A stretch of 64,000 nucleotides of DNA, from the NCBI GenBank assembly GCA_012295275.1, contig CM022671.1, positions 2,294,001 through 2,358,000 on the forward strand, read 5' to 3'. Below the pieces are notes generated by a model. It was given only the letters and a program-made list of their open reading frames with translations. It was not told the origin of the DNA and did no database searches. Source of the stretch: Chrysomallon squamiferum. Lineage: Eukaryota > Animalia > Mollusca. Position numbers and translations under genes: made by a program. This document shows, piece by piece, positions 55,684 through 64,000 of the stretch (position 1 is the first letter of the stretch; each line of letters begins with the position of its first letter).

Positions 55684-58391
55684 ATGAATAGGGAAGGTAT
55701 AACATGCATTTTAAAAACAATATTTTTATATTTTGTATCGATATTACAGCAAGAAAAAAAAATCATATATATATATAAAAATAAATTATACAGAGTGAAA
55801 ACTTTCAGAAGTGAAACAAAAATAATTAAGAATCGTAGGGCTGTTGTTTATTGTAACTCTGATACTGATAAGTTAGTTAGATCAATTATTATTATAAATA
55901 ATATAATATATTAATATTTATTAGTCATTTACGATGTCCTGTAAGTTGTACAATTATAAAATCACAGAAATGCTTTTATAAAATATGCTCAATGTTTTCA
56001 CACAAAACAAACCTAACATAACGTTCATATTCACTGTTCATCTGTTCTTTACTTCCTGTTCATTCTGTTCTTTGAGGAGTATGCTGTAATGTTGCTGTAT
56101 GCAATGCTGTATATACAGTTTGACCGCAAGTATTATAATACAGAATATCATGCTGCGGTCCTCTTCTGTTTAATGTAATTAAATCGTATAAACAGTTTTA
56201 TTAGCAGTATTTGTACAAGATTATCCATCAATAATATGATTTTTGTCAGTTTTAAAAATTTTCACCATATTTTGTTGGAGGCTAAGGTCTGTTTTGCTCT
56301 AATTCTCCAATGCATTTTGTTTCTCTATTAATTTCTTTAATGGCACATAGCATCATTAAAACACTGTATGTACAGAATATAATTATGTGCTAATATTATG
56401 GTTACATTAGATAACGAATTAGAGTAGATTATTGGCACAGTTGTTACATTAGTCTATTTCTTTTGGAATTTTTTTTTCATTGACAAGTTAATCAAAGATG
56501 ACCCAGACATGTCTGCTGCTGTTGCTGCCATTAAAACTCTTCTCAGATTTATTGAAGCAAATAAAGGTAATTGTTTTCAATATAGAAAGGTGCACTTGTG
56601 TGCAAAACATTGAGTTGGCTATTTTAATAAGTAAATTCATTAAATATTATTAATATGAGTTTGTATCAGATTTTGAAAAAGCAGTAACAACTACTATTAT
56701 TATTATTATTATTATAATAATTTTTATTATACAGTTGAGACATTAGCTTAGATGAGAGGTCGACTGAAGGATGCTATAAATACCCTGACTCAAACAGAAA
56801 GCAGTGTCACATCAATTTCATCTGGATGTGAACTCTTCTTAAGATTTTTCACACTGGCAAATCTTAGCATTCAGTAAGTATTGATTTGATCAAACAAGCC
56901 TTCCAATAAGATCTACACATTAAAGAGCAAGTCTGAAACTTTAATTTCAGAGGCTAAAATAATATAATATAAATTGTAATGAATCACTGTCTCAGAGGAT
57001 CAGATAACATTTAGATTTTGGATGAGAGATCTGCAGTCTGTGTTAGGTTTGTCACCCAGTAGCCATTACTATTTTAATGTTTCTCTATTTTATCTCTGTC
57101 ATGTTGAAAGAAGACAAAATAAAACTGATTTATTAATTTTCTTGTTTTTTCCTGTAAATTAACTGTAACATACATTTATTTATTGTGCCATTTAACATTT
57201 GTTACAGTTGTCTAATATTCATGGTTAGATAATGTATATCATAATCACACACACATAATAGTTTGTAGTTATTTTAGAGATCTCTTTATTTAATTACAGT
57301 GATTTCTGTTTTATAGGATTTTCAAGAATGTCAAAACATTCTGGGACAGTGAGGGAATTTATTTCTTCAAAAAGTTGCAATTTCCCATCAAAAGATTGCC
57401 TGATTAGCATATCCATTTATTTCAGATGGAGCAGTAAGTTATCTCCCCCTTGCTTGTAATCATAAAATATATTCAGGCCTTAACTATCAATATAAATGTA
57501 ATTCAGGCTTGAATTTAAAAGTTCTAATATCCAAAATTCCTTTTAATTGCATACAGAGACAATCAGTTACAACCGATAATATAGTGTCCATATAGTATTT
57601 TTTAAAACATATTCTCAAGAATATTTATCAAAACTGTACAAAACCTGTTTCACAGCACATTCTCAAAAACATTCACATTATGTCTTTCTATTTTAAAAAG
57701 AAAAGTAAATTAATTATAACTAAAATAGTTAATAAACCTAGGCTTAAAGAAAACACTGGATAATATTCTAAATATATTTCATATATATATACAAATTATT
57801 GTTTTATTTAATACTGTTACAGTTTTTGTTATTAATAAAATAGAGCAAGGTTCTGAAAATGTATGATGTCATTATGTCCAAAGAAAAGTTAAGAAACAAG
57901 AACAAAAAACATGACAAAAAATAAATTTTAAAAGGATTAATTTATTCACATTATAAATAAAAATGTATTCAGAAATATATTTGCATTTGGATCTGAAATA
58001 TATTGTTGTTATATCTATGTCATTCATTCTTTGTTTCTGTATGTGTATGGGTGGTTTCATTCTTTATTTCTGTTTCTCTATATTTATTTACTATTAAAAG
58101 AAATCAACCCTAAAAGAACAGGAAAAACAACAGCCAAACAATTGGCAATTATTGTTCAGTTTAAATGAAAATAGCAGGTATATTTATAGTTCTTCAGGTG
58201 TCAGACATTCAACTGTTGTTTTGGATTCTGCAGTAGGGTAAGTTGGTTTTAAAAATTAAAATACTGAGTTCTTTCCAATAATCCTTATTTCCTTACTTTA
58301 CAAATATCCACATTTTTATGTTGTCCACCCTCTCTATTAATTTTTCAAAATCACAGTGGTAATCTGTTTAATCAATTCAGGGTTTTAAAGT

Positions 58392-58450
<59 letters not shown>

Positions 58451-59618
58451 TTAGTTTATTATTTTTTTCTGAATATATTAATTTTGCATTCTTGTATCAA
58501 TTACTTGAAATAAAATCTTGTATATTCTTGCTTCAAATATTTTTATTATCCTTATTTAGGTATGTAATGGAAAAAGAAGGAGTAGTAGAAAGTGGAGGAA
58601 TTATAAATAAAGTATCTAGTTAACATTTATTTTGTGTCCAACATAAGTATTGATAATAATAATAATAATAGTAATAAAGATGATCAATAAACTAACAGGT
58701 TTATGAAGATGTAACAGTACTGAGATTTACATAAATAGAAATATGTTACAAATCTGAGTAAATTCTTGCAAAATAGCCAGGGGAGTTTTTTTTTCTTTTC
58801 ACCCAATAACTGTGTTATTAGCAGGGGAAGAGGAAAATGTCAGTTCCTGTGTGGAAGGTTATTATTTTACCATAATAATTTATTATTAATACAGACTTGT
58901 GCAACAAACAAATACATTTTCATGTAGAAGTGTGACAAATCATGTGAGGTACACTTTAATGCTTCTGTTATTGTTTCTGTACAGATTGGAACACACACAA
59001 TGGCCATATCAGTTAAAGCTATGAATAAACCAGTGTATGTAGTTGCTGAAAGTTTTAAGTTTGTTCGACTCTATCCTCTGAACAAGCAGGATATTCCAAA
59101 TCAGTTTAAGGTAATTTGAAATAGATTCATACTTTTTATCACATTTTAAAATAATTTATTTCCTTTTTCTTTTTAAAGATATTTGTTAATTTGGTTTAAT
59201 TTTTTATAATTACCCCATTTTCCCCCTTTGTTCATTTTAATTAAATATTTCTGTATCTATCTGTCTATTTCTCTGTCTGATTTATCTACATTTCAGTATT
59301 TTATTTATTTTTATTTTGCTAGAATTCTCATATTATATTAGTGAAATACTAAATACTTCTTATATTTCAAATTATTTGCTTTACAATAATGGCATCATTT
59401 TCACCAATGTTATTTACTTTAACAATTTAATAAAAAATATATATATATAATTTTATTTTTGTTAAATTACTAGGACTGTACACAGTTATTTGACAAAAAT
59501 AACAAAATATTTCTATAAATATTTTTGTTTATGTTATTGCTGTTTTCCAGTATCAAGCATACTATCAGTAATGACTCCATCAACTGTCAGTGATGAATTA
59601 ATAAAGTTACACCTTTAA
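55684..59618 (+). pseudogene. EIF2B1: eIF2B alpha subunit pseudogene, copy C
   Basis: TAG at 56749-56751, -1 at the end of exon 3, TGA at 57350 and 57401, exon 5 deleted (junction ~57591), and the shared deletions in exons 6, 7 and 9. Confidence 0.93.
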
Positions 59619-61185
59619 TCTGAATGTGAAATCAATGAGAATGTCACTGAGAATAAATCAGTTATTTGATTATTTTACAGTTTGGTAATCTCATCTTTCT
59701 GGGTGTTTTTGTTTGTTTGTTTGTTTTGTTTTTTGCACAGAAATGAGTTAACACAGACTGCTGCTCAGCTAAATAAAAGGCAATAGTTTCATTTAAATTG
59801 AAAATATGAAATGCATGAACAAAACATGCAAATGAAGCAGTTTGAGAAACAGTAACTAATGTATACACAGCAGACCTTTGGCATTGCCTCTGGTTTGCTT
59901 GTGAATGAAAGAATGTTTTGACAATTAAAACTAATCAACAGTGACATTGACTGTGGACTTGAGAGTTCATTTCTGGGTTGCTTTTGACCCAGTTTCATTA
60001 ATATCAAGTGTGATCTTACATCTAGCTAGAATAATAGGCATTCAGAAAATAATGCTGAAAATATTGTCTGACTTTTAATTGTTGGCGTTGACTTGAAGAC
60101 GTATATTCTCATGATGTTCTGATGTTGACAGGAAAATACTGGAATTAGTTTTACTAGTCGAGATGATTTATCGTATGAATATGTTTTTTTTTTTGTTGTT
60201 TTTTTTTTTTTTTTTTTTTGCTTTTTTCTCCATACCTCTATTCTACCTCTGTCAGGAAAACATAATTACACTTTAATTTTGTCATATTTTTATTTAATTA
60301 TTATGCCGTGACAACACATCATATTTGTCTCCTTGAACCGTAATCGAAATTTATATTATTCGTAAGTGGTTTTACTAGTGAATGTTAAAATACCGCTTCA
60401 GAAGAGAAACATATGTATCTTCCTTTAGTGCGCACATTTCACAATTTGTCCTTATAACAATAAGTAATTCCGTCTGCTTTATATAATAACTCATTGTATG
60501 TCTCCAATTATAGTCACTATGCAAATGTCGATAAAAACAAAAATAATAATAATAAAATAATAATAATAATAAAGTTGCATAGAAATTGAAAATTTATATG
60601 TTGATATTTAACCTTAATCTTTCTCGACGGGACGTTTTAAACGGAACTTGCTAAAGTTCGAAAAGATTCATAGGTAAACTGTTAATGTAACGATGAAATG
60701 ATTTAATTTTAGCACCTCATACCTTAAAGACATATTTCTATTTCATTGTTATACATACTTATATAATCAAAAATACATTTACGTTTGAAACAACAGATAT
60801 ATTTTGTCTCAATGTTTCCGAAATAGCTAGTAATAAATTATTAAGTTTTTCTTTGGGTTACATTTATTGTAAAATACAACGTTAAAGAAATAAAACAGGC
60901 TTTATACTGAAATTTCCGTGTGTGCGTTACATTATGTAAAACAATTATGTCTGTCTTTCCTCCTTATTTTCTATCTTGTTATCGTTATTTATTTGTTTAT
61001 TTATTTATTTTATTTTGTTTTTATCTCTTTTGAGAGTGGAATTACATTTAAATTTATGGTTCATTTTTTGCATTGCTAAACGGCAGAAGGTATCTACAGA
61101 AAAATAAGAGTCCTATGGAGAAAGCATGCGCTCCTGTCTAAACATTAGACACCTTCTTTCAGATAACTTTACCATGAAGTCAGAT

Positions 61186-61385
61186 NNNNNNNNNNNNNNN
61201 NNNNNNNNNNNNNNNNNNNNNNNNNNNNNNNNNNNNNNNNNNNNNNNNNNNNNNNNNNNNNNNNNNNNNNNNNNNNNNNNNNNNNNNNNNNNNNNNNNNN
61301 NNNNNNNNNNNNNNNNNNNNNNNNNNNNNNNNNNNNNNNNNNNNNNNNNNNNNNNNNNNNNNNNNNNNNNNNNNNNNNNNNNNNN
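61186..61385. other. Assembly gap (200 N)
   Basis: Run of exactly 200 N. Confidence 0.99.
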
Positions 61386-61907
61386 CTATACACTTATTAC
61401 ATACTTCATCACACACTTACTGTACACCTGTGTGTACACTTCACTGCACACGTTCTTATACATCATTTCAAACTTATTTTATACATTCACTATATATTTT
61501 TTTTATGCTCTCACTTTATACATATTTTATACTCTAACTGTACATATATTATATACATCCCGATATATTTATTTTAAACATTCCATGCAACCTTTTTCAT
61601 ACTTTTTATTGCAGGAGCAGCAGTGGTATTAGTAGAACTAGTAATAGAAGTAGTTGTAGTTGTAGTTATCATTATTGTTATAATTAATTATATAAATAAG
61701 TAAATAGGAACAATATTAGTAGCATTATCATTAATATCTAATCATTTAGTATCTAAAAAATTAAATAAGAAATAAATTAACACAAAGAAACAAATAAATA
61801 AATAAATTTATAAATTTACAAATTTATAAATAAATAATAAATAAATAAATAATTAAAATTTAAAATTATAATCTATGACTAAATAATAATACAGTAAGGT
61901 AACTCAC

Positions 61908-62244
61908 ATATATATGCTGCTGGTGTTGTACTATTTCCAGTGGTTCCACTGTTAATACAGACACCATCTGCGTCACACTGTGAACATTCCAAACACACAA
62001 ATGAACAACTGACTCCAAAATAACCGTCTTTGCACTGTCCAGAACAGTTTCCAGTCACGCGATCACATTTGAGACAGGACTCAGGACATCTTCGTCTACA
62101 CTGGATTCCTTGCCATCCATCTTCACATCCACTTTGACAGAATGTGGAAGAATGCTGTTTATATTAACCGGGTACTTTACAGTGAGGTTTCACTAAAGAA
62201 TACACGGATGGTACAGTAAAGAGTAAGAGGAGAAGAACTCCCAT
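61908..62244 (-). pseudogene. Subfamily-2 EGF gene: signal peptide plus EGF exon with one in-frame stop (absent from the ORF track)
   Basis: MGVLLLLLFTVPSVYSLVKPHCKVPG*YKQHSSTFCQSGCEDGWQGIQCRRRCPESCLKCDRVTGNCSGQCKDGYFGVSCSFVCLECSQCDADGVCINSGTTGNSTTPAAYI followed by gtgagt. TAA at 62164-62166. The phase-1 donor is compatible with a TM exon like 31458-31569. Confidence 0.85.
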
Positions 62245-62858
62245 GTTTTTACATCTTTTGTTTATACTTCTGAAACAGCAAAATGTCAAGAAATGAAAGA
62301 TGTGTTTCAATTAAGTTGTTCTATCTTCTTCTTTTTTTAAATTATTTGTCTGGGAATTCTATCGACTAATTACATTTAATTTTAAAGTTATTATTTTAAT
62401 TTCAAATTCAGTTATCTCCTAATTAAAGTACCTAATTTGTTTAAATTTTGTCAGTGACAATAATCTCATGAGGTAACATGTTTTAATTAGTTGCTAATAT
62501 CCACTTTCTTCTAATAATTAAATTATACTGTTATTAAAGTGTCACATATAACATATGATATAATAATTTATTTGCATAAAATGATATTATGAAAAGAAGG
62601 CAGTGGTATAGTAATGTTAAACCAAATGTCTACCTCCGTACATTTATATATAAAACCATACAAGTTTATCCCTCTGACGAACAAACTAACAAAAAAGAAA
62701 AAAAAAAGAAGAGAAAACAGAGGACAGTATAATTATATTTACATACTAGTTGCACATACACACAGAAACAACACGTATTTATTGTAGCATCAAGTCAGTA
62801 AGCTGTAATGTATAAGAAATTTTACTTATAATATACAAATTCTGCTGTAGTCAGTACA

Positions 62859-62891
<33 letters not shown>

Positions 62892-62951
62892 TAAATAATG
62901 TAAAACGTATATTCCTGTAACGAAACACCCAACAATAGCTCGTTTTGTTTA

Positions 62952-63063
<112 letters not shown>

Positions 63064-63686
63064 TTTTTTTATATTCGAACGAAATTAAATGGCATTAAGT
63101 TCGAAAAAGTGAAATAGATGATATACGAGTTTAGTTTTTAAGTAGTAAAGTAATGTTAATCTAAAGGTTTTTACCTTCATAAATATAAGAAATGCATACA
63201 CTTATATTCCTCTGTCGAAATAACTGTGTTTTCTAATCAGATCCTGGTATTAGTGTAATCATTAAATATATCTACTTATGAAGCAGTAAGACACTATTCA
63301 AAGTAATTCACAGTCGTCTCAATAAAGCAATAGCGGTAACAACTGTGCACAAGAACGGCTTGCTCTGATTAGCAGATTTTTTTTTCAGTCAGTCAGTTAA
63401 GACGACAAAGCTGACATTTTACTTGAGTGTATACATGCACAAACAGTCCTGTAACGAAACACCTAACAAAAAGTCCTTTGTGTAAGTCAGGTTACCGTTA
63501 CCACGTACGTATCTGATAACGTCTGCAGGTGACAGGCTACAAGTATGAATTCGAGTTCTTTTATGTCGTCCCCAGAGTATTAATTAACGGGAATTCTTTT
63601 TTCTTTTTCTTTTTTTATTATTAATATTATAATAAATACAGAAGTACAATATTTGTTGTAAGGAACCCCCTTTTTTTATGTATATA

Positions 63687-63719
<33 letters not shown>

Positions 63720-63846
63720 TTGTGTGTCTGTGTTTTAAATATTGAGTAAATAAATAAACATAATGAAATAAAAATAGCATTCATAAAAAAACTTTCAGTT
63801 AACAATTTACTTATTTTCAAGATAATAAAGAAGTAAAGACAAAGGA

Positions 63847-63890
<44 letters not shown>

Positions 63891-64000
63891 AATAACAAAA
63901 AAAACACGTTTACCTGCATATGTAAATATCTGTAAAATCTTGAAAAAAAGTGGTTACTATGTAATTGACTAGTCTCCATGAAATATGATTAAAAAAATAC

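Overview
AT-rich, microsatellite-dense, intron-containing animal DNA, probably lophotrochozoan/molluscan (inferred, not proven). It comprises three contigs joined by two 200-N gaps (13678-13877, 61186-61385). Almost all ORFs in the supplied track are noise; the real genes were reconstructed by hand from spliced exons. The window is a segmental-duplication patchwork with two components. (1) A birth-and-death cluster of cysteine-rich EGF-repeat (MEGF10/SCARF-like) secreted or single-pass receptor genes from two subfamilies, about nine copies or remnants. The best preserved are 26907-28801 (-) and 37544-40879 (+). (2) Three copies of a head-to-head GTF2H3 / EIF2B1 housekeeping pair (A 8472-13455, B 13910-23596, C 50838-59618), all disabled by stops, frameshifts or exon deletions, plus a fourth EIF2B1 3'UTR fragment. 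Also present: a FLYWCH/MULE transposase fossil, a probable U12-type intron in GTF2H3, deletion junctions with microhomology or templated insertion, and mosaic variant sharing between copies. Copies A and C may be two haplotypes of one locus, because the contig ends dovetail. No RNA genes or CRISPR arrays were seen.
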